From assembly GCA_051362555.1 (NCBI GenBank), contig CM120649.1, positions 13,764,001 through 13,828,000 on the forward strand: 64,000 nucleotides of DNA. Direction: 5' to 3'. The position numbers and the translations under genes are program-made. Positions 24,159 through 37,783 of the stretch are shown piece by piece. Source of the DNA: Lingula anatina (lineage: Eukaryota > Animalia > Brachiopoda). How positions within the stretch are numbered: the stretch's first letter is position 1; the number at the start of each line of letters is the position of its first letter. The notes beneath the pieces are model-generated. The model searched no databases. It worked only from the letters and a program-made list of their open reading frames with translations, and had not been told where the DNA came from.

Positions 24159-27100
24159 TATTCGATTTCTGAAAAAACTCACCAATGGTCCCCTCTTGAA
24201 ATTAGAATATTGACTAGCTGAATTATAGTTATAAACCGTACCATACGGCACCGTTCGCCATCTAAATTACCAAAAATCTTCCGGGCCCTCCAGAAATGTC
24301 CATAGTGCATTTGCAAACGCTCACAGTACACATTGTGCCTTTAAATACAACTACCGGTTGCAGAAACACAATCTTGCGCAATGGTGCTCTTGTACCACCC
24401 TGAGCTTCAGAGATAACTTGACACTAACCTCTTCACTATAGCCTATCTTCATCGTGTCAAGTTACCTCTGACCACATTCGATTGCCTCCGCCGCCCGCCA
24501 ATCAAATTTAAAGCCCGCACTCAATGACTCATTGAACGATCTAGCCAATGAACGCGAACGAGTCAAAGCGCGCTTTGTTCAAATCCGGACCAATCAAAGA
24601 TAAGGCTGAATATCAGGGACTTGCCGTAACCTGTGGGCAGCACGCAAAATACATCATCCCTCAGTAGATAATTATGCAGGGCATCAAACTGCTCTGGTTT
24701 CAATTCCGATATACTCCATGCTTTCTTTGTGTACGGTTATGCACTCGGAACTACTCGGATGTCTCCGCACTCGACAATAACTATGTTGTTAGTATGGAGC
24801 TTGCGGAATCAGCCGAGGATTGCTGATTGACGGTCAACCAATCAGCGTTTTCACCAAACTTTGGTGAAAATTTTTGAAACATGGATTCGATTGGCTTATA
24901 TAAACTAGGTCAAACTATTTTCGTCAGAGGTTACTTGACACGATGAAGATAGGCTAATAGTGAAGAGGTTAGTGTCAAGTTATCTCTGAAGCTCAGGGTG
25001 TCTTGTACTAAATGCTACAACAACTGCTGACAAGTGGTTTCTCTTGTATTTAGGTTGTTTGACGGCAAGCCGTCCCCCGTGGGCCCGATGTCTAAAATCT
25101 ATTACGTGCATGGAACCTCCCGTGTCCACTATATGAAGGACATCCACATGCTCCCAGCCGCCCACCACATGAATAAAAATGTAAGTGAGTTTTTTTTTTG
25201 TTATTTTCTTCTGTTTTTTTCCTTTATAAATATGACCACATTGGTTGTCTGAAGTAAAGGTGCCCTAAAATCTGTTATAGGGATAATAACTCTTCGTTTC
25301 CTGGAGTAAACAATAGTTTTCCCATACTTACCAATGGTTAATGAAACCATTTTTACATTCAAAGTTAGTTTTTTGTTCCTACATTGTGTGTAAGAAGTAA
25401 GAAGTTTGGTTTTTTGTTAAAATCTCTTAAGAGTATAGCCATCAATGGAGGTCACGTGGTCTAAAGACAAGCTCAGATATCAGAATAATACATGTAGCTA
25501 TAAATGCTGTTTTTGTGGTAAAACAGAATATATTATATTTCTATGAGTTATTCACAATATTCATTATGAAATATAGATCTCATACGAAGAGTTATCCCTT
25601 TAAATTCAGATTCACAGGTAGTCTTTTTCAAAACAGATAAAACATCATCCTGCTTTAAGGGGATAAGTTAATTCATCATCCGTGTTAAATTTCATGGGCA
25701 CATTTGTGACCGCATCAAAATTTACACATCGTATAATACAGGGTAACCCCCCCTCAAAGAAAAGTGCTGAACGTTTACTTCAGTATGTGTATGATTATTA
25801 TCCAAAGACTTAAGTTGTAGTTTATACTGCCCTTTCATCAAAAAATGCTATCTTTTTGGTGGAATTATCAGCAAGTAGTTTTGATTTTGTTTATTCAAAA
25901 CTCCGAGGGTTATCATTCCTAAAAAACGTACTCTCCCTTCAAATAATCCTGGATCCGCCCCCTGAGCACGATGTGTGAACTTGAATGCACCCTATGACGA
26001 AGAAAGCTAAAATATGTAGTTACTCAGTCTAAATGTTATTTCTGTCCTCTGCAGTATGTAAAAAAGGCAAAGTACCAGAATTATCAACTTACGATACTCA
26101 ACATACCTCGATCCTTATTGAGTTTATCCCCCTGTCTGTTTCAAAGTATACGTGGCCTCTGTTTTCCATGGGTAGGTGAGCTGCATTGTTCGGCCATTCT
26201 TCTATCCACTAAGGAGCAATCCCCATGTCGGCAAACTTTGGGAAAGCAACTCATATTTTGCAGGTATACAGGTGAGATGTTCCATTTTAAAAAACTGTGT
26301 TAATAAATTCCACTGTAGCTCAGCCAATAAGGTCTACAAGGCAATATTTAAACTTTCTTCTAACATATGGCAAACTACGACTACAGTCTCTATGGTACGG
26401 ACTTTACACTTAATTACAGGATTTTGATGAATAGCAAATGTTGAACATAGCCATTCGCAGAGTGCTGCCTCGAATCGGATAAACTATTCTGCGACGTATG
26501 TCTGTAAGGGGTTTGACGTTTCTACAAGATTTCCTTGTAAAGTGGGAAAAGAAATCTGGACAACCCCATTTCGATCTAAGAGTTTAAGTTTTAAACTATA
26601 ACAAACAAGACCTTTAAGTTTTTTTAATGGCACTCTAAGCAGCTTAGATTCTGAGCAAATTAACTTGGCGATGGAACTCAATCCACGCATGATAATTTGT
26701 GAGCTGGGGTCCCTCAGCCTTCAAGTTAAGATGCAAACTGGGTTTGCATCTTAACTTGAAGACTGCCTTCAGTTCATCGTGGAGATTTTCAAAAGAGATT
26801 GCTAACCAGAACCTTTTGCTTCAGTTCGACCCGCCTGTGGTACGGGTGGAAGAGAAGAGAAAGGCGGTCACGGTGAAGGTCATCTCAACAATACCTGTAC
26901 TGTGCAAGATCCCCAATGTGGACCCTTCCAAGTGTGTGGTTGATTTTAACCTGGATTTAGGAGAAGGTAATATTGCAGCAAATCATTTGCCAATTTGCAG
27001 CAGTCCTGATATTTTGCTAAGGGACGGCGCTGTTTATGTTAAACTGGAAAAATCAGGATGAAATAAGAAATGCTACTTATTTGAAAGAAATCTTATTTGA

Positions 27101-30100
27101 AAGAGGTCTTGTTTGACGGGACAAAGGATCCTTCGAACTTTGGTATGAAAAGTCATTCCCGTACAACCAATTTAAATAAATTGTCCCATACATTAAGAAA
27201 ATTATTTACCGTATTCACCGCATAACTAAAACCCAAAATTACGTCATTTTACCTCGTGTCAGAGCTAACAAAGCTGTACGTTAAAGTCTAACGCTCTTGG
27301 ACGAAGGGATTTCAATTTTGGACTTGTGAGTCTCAGTTTAAAATAAAATAAATAAATGTATATTAATTAAAAATAAGAACATATACTTTCTTTATCCTGA
27401 CATACGAGTGATCATGATGGGAACTATTAAATAGCCGTGTGCAGACTGATCGTGCTAGGCATACAATGTACTGCGTCGTCTCACAAAAAAAATCAAATAT
27501 GCTTATCGCAAAAACTTCTCGTTGATGGTGTTATGTTAACGCACAATTTATCTGTTCAGGTAACGAAGTGGTTGCGGAAGAGTGCTCACTACAGTTGACG
27601 AGAAAACACTGGAGTGACAAAACCAAACGAGCAACCGTTTCTACTAAACTGCTGTCTGTCAGGGACTTTGTCAGCGACGGATCGAAGAATGTCTCCGCAG
27701 TCTTCCAAAAACTTTCTGCCGTTCAGGCACCTCTGTTCCACCAGTTACAGCCTCCGGACATAAAGGTAATGGGTTCGTGACCTAGCACCTGGTGTGACAG
27801 GAATGGTAGTCCGCTAGGAACCGTAGTTCGTTCCCAGTTACTTTGTACAGGTGACATTCGTCCCATACACTTACCCCAATACTGCGACTATCCCTTACCT
27901 GTGCTAATCATATAGGACATTCTGAGGACTCCCATTCCTGTCAAACCGGTTTCACAAAGCTCGAAATTTCGTCTCAACTTTTTAAATGGACCTGTTTTAT
28001 ATATAGTGCAAGATAAATTCATAAGTTCACTTAGATGAAGCAACCATTGGCCGGAAACATTGACAATATCGTGAAGAAATGCTGTAAGCAAAGTGTTTCA
28101 TTATTTAATTAAAATTGGACTACTGTAATTTTAACTTGGTGATATTAAACTTAAACTTTAGGATTTAAAGTTAGACAAACGCTATTTTGTGAAACAGTTA
28201 GTTTTAGCTATGGGAAGGGGGAGGGGGAGGGGGCGTGGGTCCAGAAGAGAAAAAGGTCTCCCCCCTCGTTGCTCGTCTATTTTGAATGCCAAAATTAATA
28301 AGCCCTTGGTGCGCATTCGATAAACGTATAAATTTTAATCAGTTATTTAGTTATTGGGCTAAAATATTAGCCCACTGGGATTCATTTACAAATTATCTAT
28401 ACCTCTTTTTCGTGCCTTGCAGTGCATAGGTTTCAATGGTTGACATTTAAAAATTATAACTCCTACAAAAATACATGTATGAGTGGCAAATGAATGATCA
28501 AAAAACAAATGCCTTAAGTGCAACTGACCAGTTTATTTCTTATTCATACTTTTAATTTTTCATAATATCAATACGAAACAACGCACCATTTAACACAAAT
28601 ATAAACTCAATTTCAACAAATATGTCATTTTAACTGAATAAATAATAAATCATTTAATTTTAAAGTTGAAAGTCCAGTTCTTCCTGAAACAATCAAATGT
28701 TTAGCAACCAAGTATGTCCGCTCTCAGTGAAATATGACTGTGCCACTTCATTGGAAGGATGCGTACAAACCGTGCTTGGATGTGAGGCACAAGGTCTTGC
28801 CTAACGATGGTATCGCGGTCCGAGTTGCCAGAAAATAGCTGTAAAATAATGGGCATTATTATGCCATTGGTATAGTTTATAATTTTGTATACGTGAGTCC
28901 GAGTTATGCAAAAAAAAGTCTTATTTTGACCGATGCCATTATAACCATTCAAAATATTTCACCGATGATATCGTCGACGATTTTCACCAATCCAGAGAAA
29001 AGGAAATATTTTATCATTCAGTCGACAAACAATAATGCTTTCGCTCAGTAACTCTAAATAAAACATTAGAGAATACCTTTTAACTTTGATAGTCTTTTTG
29101 AAGAACATTTTAGTGCATTTAATAGCACCGAAAAATTAATGTTTCTCAATGACCAGAAACAATTTAAGACAGAAAAAAGTACACGCAATGATGTGGAGAG
29201 GTAAATTTAATACAGATGAGAGGGATTGAAAATTGTTATGTAAAATGTCCTTTTTTTAATGTGTTTAAATGAACAGAAATTTACCTTAAAGAATTTTTTA
29301 TGAATTTTAATTGTACTTTCACAGGTTTAACTCTCTCACAGCCCTAAGTAAGGTGGGTTTTATTTTTAAACGTGAGACACTAATAAAATTGTTATTAGTA
29401 TTGTTATTATTATATGAAGATTTTTAGCCTAAAAAGAAACTGAATTTCACAACGAAATCTACACTATGTGTTTAATCAATTTTTAATTGTCAAACCACGC
29501 ATTACGTCTAGATGTTTTGTCCTATTGCCTACAGTTCAATAAAAAACAACTGCATTTCAGGAACGCTTACCTTATCTTTACCGTCCTGGTCTTGATAGGT
29601 AGTCCATTTAGAGCCAGAACCGCTGTACTGCAACTTGTATTCAGTTACCCATTGGTTGTGAATGTCACGCCCTCTGGTCAAGACGGCGGTAATAACCCTC
29701 GAGGTGCCCAGGTCAAATTGAAGCCATTGGTTCTTGTTACTAGTTGCCGCTGCCCATGCTGCGGTATGCCCAGTATGGTTCAGTTTGGCTCCGTATGGGG
29801 AAAAACCACTGTAAGAACTGGACGCAGTTATGGCTTTCTTTGGAAGAGGGTCTCTTCCGAAAACGAGGCGACGGTTGCACTCTGCAATTGAAAATTGTTT
29901 TATTATATTAGAATAGTGGTTAATGTATGTTGAGTCGCTATTGAGTAAAGAAATGCATATCTTATAAAATCACAGTTTGAAAGGAGATGAGTACGTTCGC
30001 GCTCAGTGCCTCCAAAACTGTTAATCTAGGATTTTACAAGAAAACCTAAAAGCTAGCTTTACAAATGGATATGAACAAGGCATATAAACAGGAAATATAA

Positions 30101-31928
30101 GGAAATGTTAAAGAAACGACTTGTGCCCTTTGGCTTCCCCCTCCTTTGATCCACATCTGAAAAGAAAAAAGAAAACATTCTTGATCTTGCACATTAAAAC
30201 TTACTTGTTAGAAGACAGCTGTTGTACAAACCAAGCAGCTCATAGAACGTATCAACTGCCACTTTTAACAGGAAATCGCGGCTGAAGCTTATCTTGGGCG
30301 TTTCCCGTTTGTTAAAATGCAGGTTTGACTCCAGCGTCACCAGAACGTCCGGGCACCTCTCTCCAATACCTTTCAATAGAGCCCTGTTCAGGATACGAAC
30401 TTCATGGAGTTTTGCAATAGCTGCTGATTGGCGGCTGTGGTCGCTTGCATTGTTATCATCGACTGTGGAACAGACGACATGTACAAATAAAGTGAAATAG
30501 AACCAAAGCGAAACGGAAAACATCTCTCTCGTGTTTCTTTCCATGTTTAAGCTGTGAAGAAGTTTGCTGTTATGTACAGCGTATCTCACAACGTGCACAC
30601 TAACAGAGACAAGTAGGCCTTATGTAGTCACGAATAAACGCTCGCTGAATGTTTATTAATAGGACAGAGACAAAGAAATGCGTGGTATACAGATAAAAAA
30701 GAGACAACTGCACAGTAAACTAAAACCGAAGTATTGGTAGTATGTTTTTATCTTAATGACAATCTGCTTCAGGTTACTTGGATGAAGTTTTCGAGGAAAG
30801 ATAACACGACTTGGGGTAACTTTAGAACCTTAAGTTATAATTCAGCGCGCGTTAGCAATATAAAGTACCGTGTTGTAATGGCCATCCGGCAGTATCCAAT
30901 TTTAATTTGAAAGGAAAGAACGATTAAAAAAGAAAGATTGGTTAACCACATTCTCTTCATACATCCTTTATGAAAAAACATGGTGTAGATACAGTTGTCA
31001 AATGCGACAATGTTCATTTAGAGTTTGATAAAATATTATTATTATTATTATTAACAAGGAATGCTCATAATATGCCTGATTATACCACTGGCAGAGTTGG
31101 GACTTTGTTAAAGGGGGAGCTGCACATGAGTAAAATACAGGTACATGATATCAGAATTTGAAAATATGCAATAAAAATGATCGACACAGACAAGTTTACA
31201 ATATCATGCAGCGCACCGGGGTAAAAATGTCGGTTTTTATTTTATTTTATTTTAATTTCGCTCAAGGGGGAGTGCGAGCATTTCAGAAGTCAAGGGTGGG
31301 GGCATCACTAGACCGCTGTGATTTTACTCGTGTTTAGTAGCCAATTTGTGCCCTATTCGGGGGATGGAAGAAATTGAATATAGGACAGAAATGTCGACAG
31401 AATAATGAAATTTAAGTAAAGGATGACTAGCTAAAACTAAGCTATTGGTAGTGTATTTACTTGTCGATAGTAATTTGAGTCAGGTTTCTTGTGTGTAGTT
31501 TCCAGGTAAGGATTCAATGAGCTGGTGTAACATGACAGTCTACTTCAACAATCTGAATTCACCGTGTGTGCATTCAAAAATATCATGCATTTGATTCTCA
31601 ATTTGCAGAAGAGAAAATTAGAAGAAAAATATAAAGGGAAGATATATTAATTGTACACTCAGATCGCTGTGGAAATTATTGTATGGCACTCATACTTAAG
31701 CTATTTTAGAAGTCCCTGATATCAGAGAGTTTGGTGATTGCATAATCGGCTGTCACCTTGATTGGCTAATCAACATGGTTTTAGAGTATAAACCATTGCA
31801 TTTCCTAATCAATTTGGATTTTTATCACTTATTTTCCGAGATTCTGTCTGACAAGTTTCCATTATTTCACGGTCTGTAAGGGGTTGTGTGGCGATTTTAT
31901 GAACTGCGTTAAAATACTAAACGATTTT

Positions 31929-31965
<37 letters not shown>

Positions 31966-34900
31966 TCATGGACTAGTATCTTGTTCTAGCGTCGTTTTCT
32001 GCGTTTTTTGTTTTTTTTTTTTTCATTTAACAAGTCGATTAACCAATCAAGGAAACAGCCGACTGTGCTGCAAGGACATCTTTGCGATGAGGATGACATG
32101 ATTCGTTCTCTGTGTTCCTTTAAAACTTGTTCTTTCCAATGTGTTTTAGGTCGAGAGTAGCAGCGATGCCACAGCCATGTGCAGCTGTACCGGAGACCCA
32201 CACTGCACCCCATTCGATCGGAAAGAGTAAGAACTTGCATATCCACTAGATCATTGAATAAGAAAGAGATACGGTGATATACACGTAGATTTTTCATTGG
32301 CTCTAGTGATATTTAATTGCAAGGGATATGGGTATACTTTGAATTAAATGGTCGTCATATCGGGATACGCTCAAAAATGAGAGTAAGGCAATGTTCAAGG
32401 GAAAAAATATTCTTGAAAGAAAATGCCCGGACGCTCAAAGCATATTTGTGGCCATTCCGTGTTTGTTCCTGTTTCCACCCAACCAATTTCCGTTTCAGAA
32501 CCTTTCATATGTACAGCGTTGGCGAGTTTGTACTGGCTAAGAGCAAGTCTCGACCATTCGAGGTAAGTTAATGGAAACCCTACTGTTCGTATGGTTACTG
32601 TTTGGATTGCCTTCGTATAACATTTGCCGTATAGATGCTACCTTTCTTCGGAAGAATTTTATTTATTTATTGTTGCTGAATACATACAACACGGTACATA
32701 CAACGTGTTTCCTTGTGGCCTTGCCTCAGTTTTTGGTCTTACATGCTAACGGTAACCTTGCCGCAGGTAAGGTCTCATAGCGCTGTATTTCAAACTCCCG
32801 TCCCTATGAACATCCAAACCATGATGTATTACAGGCCCGTAACCAGGGGGGAGGGGGGGTTCGGGGGGTTCGAAAGAACTCCCCCTTTTTGCAGGGAAAA
32901 TGTCCGCTCTGGGTAAAATTTGATCAAGGTACACGAAGTTTTTATGGGAAAAGGTCCACTTTTTCAGAAAAAGAGCCCCCCTTTTGAAATTGTTGGCTAC
33001 GGGCCTGTATTAAACTGTGAGACAGCAGCCAGTCATGCAGGTCCCTGGTGGTTTGTACAGCTAAGTCCCGTCCTACTAGTATACTTTTTGGCCCACTCAC
33101 GTCTCATTAACCTTTACTTGTATGAACGGACTCAACCCAATAAAAGGCGAGCCTTTACCTTAGTATTAACACCGAAAGTGGATATATGCAAGTTTCAGTG
33201 TTAAATCTAAATGTTGTCAGGTTCACATGCGCACCTGGAAATGTAATCCTCGCGGGGCGAGCTGTATCTGCGGCGTGGCTGCACGCGAAGTCAATGACGT
33301 CATCTTGATTGACGGATGTCACAGTGTTGGATTAAACATGAAACAAATGCGAGTAACAACTCACGTGAAGTCCAAAGGTAGATTGGCGGCAGGGACGCTT
33401 ATAAAGCGTAACAAAGATGGCAGAATCATTGAGGTGAGCATTACCTGACTATCAACATATGAAAAAATTATTCAATTACACACGAATTGGTTGTTTGACT
33501 TAAAAAACCAGTAGGCCTATATTTGTTATTTTTTTCAGAAACGTGCCATAAATGGTGATCAGAAATTTTTAATGAATTCATTTCTTTATTTTTGGAAGAG
33601 AGATACAGCTTAGGGAGAAGTACATATTGGATGTTAACTGTTTAGTGTTGATTATTGTCTTTTAGAGTGCAACCAATGGATATACTTTGCTGTAACAGTC
33701 CGTCGATTTATGACATTTTGTATTTACACCGTCAAACCAAGAAACGGGTTTGTAAAATTAATGTCCTCAAAAAGACCCCCTTGTGCCTCGTACACGGTCC
33801 TTCCTTTATTTCTGAACATCATTTTATTTGAAATGTATTTGAAATTACTTTATTTATTGATATCTTTTCCAAGGTATTTTTCACTTCGGGTGCATATCTA
33901 AAGGTGTTAATTAACCGGCGTAGTCTTGGTGTTTACCTGACGGTGCCCAGTGACGACTTTGAAAACACCGCCGGTATCTGTGGGGTGTTCAACGGGGACC
34001 GTTCGGATGATCTTACGGGATCCGATGGCGTTAAACACCGCTTTGAGAGAATTCCTTACCTTTTCACAGATAGTTGGAGGTAGGTGCCACGTAGTGAAGC
34101 GAGATAATACTAACAGAGCAGGCCTGTAGCCTTAAATATTTATTATCATTATTTATTCAGTTTTATTGAACCTTTTTCCCAAAATGAGGGAGACAAAATT
34201 TTGAATAGGGCACGTCTTTTCCCTCCAAAAAGTTGCTTCGTACGAACACAACCACAACCCACGTGTCCTTGAATTGAAATCATTTAAAACTTTGGAATAT
34301 TTGACATTTCAACAGTAAACATCAACGATTCCAAGCTTCAATATGCACATACATCTGTATTTTTATTCTGCGGTCGTGTTTGTTTAGTTCCTTTTCCAGT
34401 TCATTACATAATTTAAAGTGCCATGTACAGTGCACTTATGCGCTTTGCGCGATTCCTGCCCTAAGTCATTTCCCTCGCCCGATGTCGAAGTTTCAATTTA
34501 AACTGTATTAATTGATTGAAAAAAAGAAAAAAACATACTGATATTTTGAAAAGTAGTTCTACTGGGATATAAACCTTTGAATGACATTCCACTTTCTTTG
34601 GAAATATCATCAAGGATTCAGAAAGGCCGCAGCCTGTTTGACCAACTGCCTCTCAAGATACCCGCGAGACAGGCAAATAATCCTGTCTTTTGTCAGTGCA
34701 ACAGAAGAAAAGGAAAAATCGATTGCCGCCCTGAGAACAGACAACGTAATCCTGTCAGAAAGGTAATTTTAAGAAAATAAAGTTGATAAAGAATTAAAGT
34801 TTCTTCAGTCAGTGACTATATCCCTTTAGGTATTTAACAAGTACATGTATATTGCCGCATTACTGGAAGAATGCGGCATGCCTTTATAGAAAAATAAACC

Positions 34901-37752
34901 AGATTCTGGTGAAACTGCAGACGAGGCAAATGCTTTACCTGCCAAAGTTTAGCCACATTCGTGCTTTCCCTCTAATTTGTAATGATAATCGTTGATGACC
35001 CTTTGGAGGGCTGTTTTTTTTTTTTTTTTTTTTTAATTCAAATAAGTACTTTTGATCTTCGCAGATTAACAGGAACAAGGACATCACAGACGAGGTGAAC
35101 CGGAAATCGCGTTTGCGCAGGTCTACAACATTTACTGACACAAACACTGACTCTGACATGACGTATAATTACGATTATGGGGACCCAAGTAAGTGATCTT
35201 ATAAGCCTACTTATTTTGACCAACATTTTTAGTATTTTTTTATTTTCATTTCTTCATTTATATTAGCTTCATGATGTAGAAAGTCTTTGTACAGCAGTTA
35301 CAACATATATATAAAGCCTCGGAATAATTCCAAATTGATAATGAGGCGATAACCGTGCTGGAAATATAATAAAAAATGCCTCTAGTTACTTAAGTTGTTC
35401 ATGTGCCCAAGACAATTTAAAACAACGATCAAGTCATCTTTACCTTTGCCTAGAAGCCACGCCTGTGAATATCAAGTGGTCGAGTTTAGCCCAGATGAGG
35501 GCTGCCATGAAATTGTGTACTGATGCTGCTAAGGCTTCCAGTGCCTTCACTCCTTGTGAGAAGTCGGGCTTAGTGGACGTGAAGGAAATAGTAGACGGTT
35601 GCGTGGATGACATGAAGGTATGAATATAATGGAAGGCAATCGGTGAGAATACCGGCAAATTATATGGCGTATAACTGACTATTCTGTATGCAGAGTGATT
35701 AAATGAGGGCTGTGGTATTTTCTATTTTCTATCATGTATAAATGTATATGTATTGGTATTTTGAAGGCCACTTTTTCACCCAAACAAAACCGATTTTTAA
35801 ACGTAGGCACAGTGTATTGGACTTTGTAATGCCAAATTATATATTGGTACCTTGTATAAAAAGTCGGTTACAGTCGGTTACCGGATTACTGAACCCAGAA
35901 CGAGGCTCTCATTTTGGACTAGGGTAAAACATTGGCTTGCGCCCATTACTCTCAATGTTAAATTGGTGAACTTTGATCGTTCATATCAAGCAGACCAGAG
36001 GAAAATTACTTGTGACAACCACTTGGTTATATTCACTAGGGTTTTTAGCGTCAGTCAATGGGCCTCAGGAGGATTTTCTAGAGCTGATGGTGATTTTATC
36101 AGTGATAATACCAACACTCCTCCAACGGGCTGCAATTTCAGTTTACACCAGATGCATGTTGTAATAGGCATATTTTATCGTCTGTATCAAGTATATCCGT
36201 AAACAAATACGCGTGACAACTGTTTGTTGATATTCACTTACGTATTTAGCTCAGGGAAATGGCCAACAAAAGGATTTTCTGGCGTCAGTGGCGACTTTAT
36301 CAATGATGGTGGTGTACTATTTTTAAAGCAATTTTTCCTACTGGGACACTATGACCTATACGCGCCGAGTTCATTAATATGCAGTCAGAATTCTTGTATA
36401 ATCAAATCATTATCTAAACAAAGAAAACTTTTATATTCATATTGCTTTTACAGGTCTCAGTTTGAAAAATTTGATAAGCAATTTGATTGGGTAGCATTGT
36501 TCACCTGTCGTGTTAAAAGCAGGTGTCTCAAGTAATGCAATTAATGTGCTTTCAAAAAGAATTTTAATTTGTCACTGCTGTGTTTTTCATTAAAATTTCT
36601 TTTTCTACTGTTGTCTGGATTACGTTTGAAGAGACTATGGAATACTTTTTCATTTTTATAATTTCTGCAAAAATGTAAAATATTTCACTAGAGGCCTGCC
36701 AAATAGATTTTACTCAGCAAACAGCTCCACCCGCTTGTTTCTTCCACTTCATATTCTGGAGTATGTTCATTGATAGCCTTTCTTGCGTTCTATCCTCTTG
36801 ATGAAAGAGTGCAATATCACAAAGAAAAAGTATTAGTTATCTGTTCCAATAGCACATTATTGCCATTTACACACTTCATAGTACAATAATTAAACGATTT
36901 ATTGAGTATGTAAAAATTTCATTCCTGTCCATGATCTCAATTCTGTCTGCAGCAACATGGGTATTAAAAAATTACTAGAAAAAATTGTTTAAATTCTCAA
37001 AATGGCATGTACTTTCAGTAATAAAATCAGGCTAGTAAATTGTCATTAGAGCTTTCTTTCAGCTCCCCTTTTCAAAGACAGATACAATGACCACACCTGT
37101 GAAGATCATATCTGTTTTAGTTCTGTTTGCTACAATGACACCAACTGATAAGATCACTTTCTTCCAATTAAGCCACCTCAGAGGGCTCTATGATTGTTTG
37201 AGGATCCAGGTAAGTTCTGTTCAATCGCTGTCAGTGGACAGATTCATCCGATAACAAAGCCATTGGAACTTCTTACCTGAAAAACGATCAGAACTGTAAC
37301 TGCAGCTCATATAATTACAGTGTAAGAGAGGTGCATTTCAATCGCTGATAAAATCGGCATCAATGCTAGAAAAGGTCTTTGATGGCCATTTCCTGACACT
37401 AAATACCTATGTTAATATAATCAAACAGTTGTCAAGTTTAATTATCTACCGGTGTGAGAGATACAGACGATCACAGTTGATCATTTTAACATGGGGAGTA
37501 ATGGAGCTTACAGATTGTTTTACCCTAGTCCGGGCGTGGCGGCCATCTTGTGACGTCATGCCGACTGTAAGAATAGGGGGCGGTTAAAATGTATAACCAC
37601 GAAAATCAGAAGACTCAAAACATCATATATCGAACAGTACAGGGTATGTGCGAAAACACGACCACTTTAGTTTCAGTGCATGAATATTCTAAAAACCCTC
37701 GGTATAATTCAGTGGTAATTCCCACTACCTGATTAAGCAGGGCCGTAGCCTC

Positions 37753-37783
<31 letters not shown>

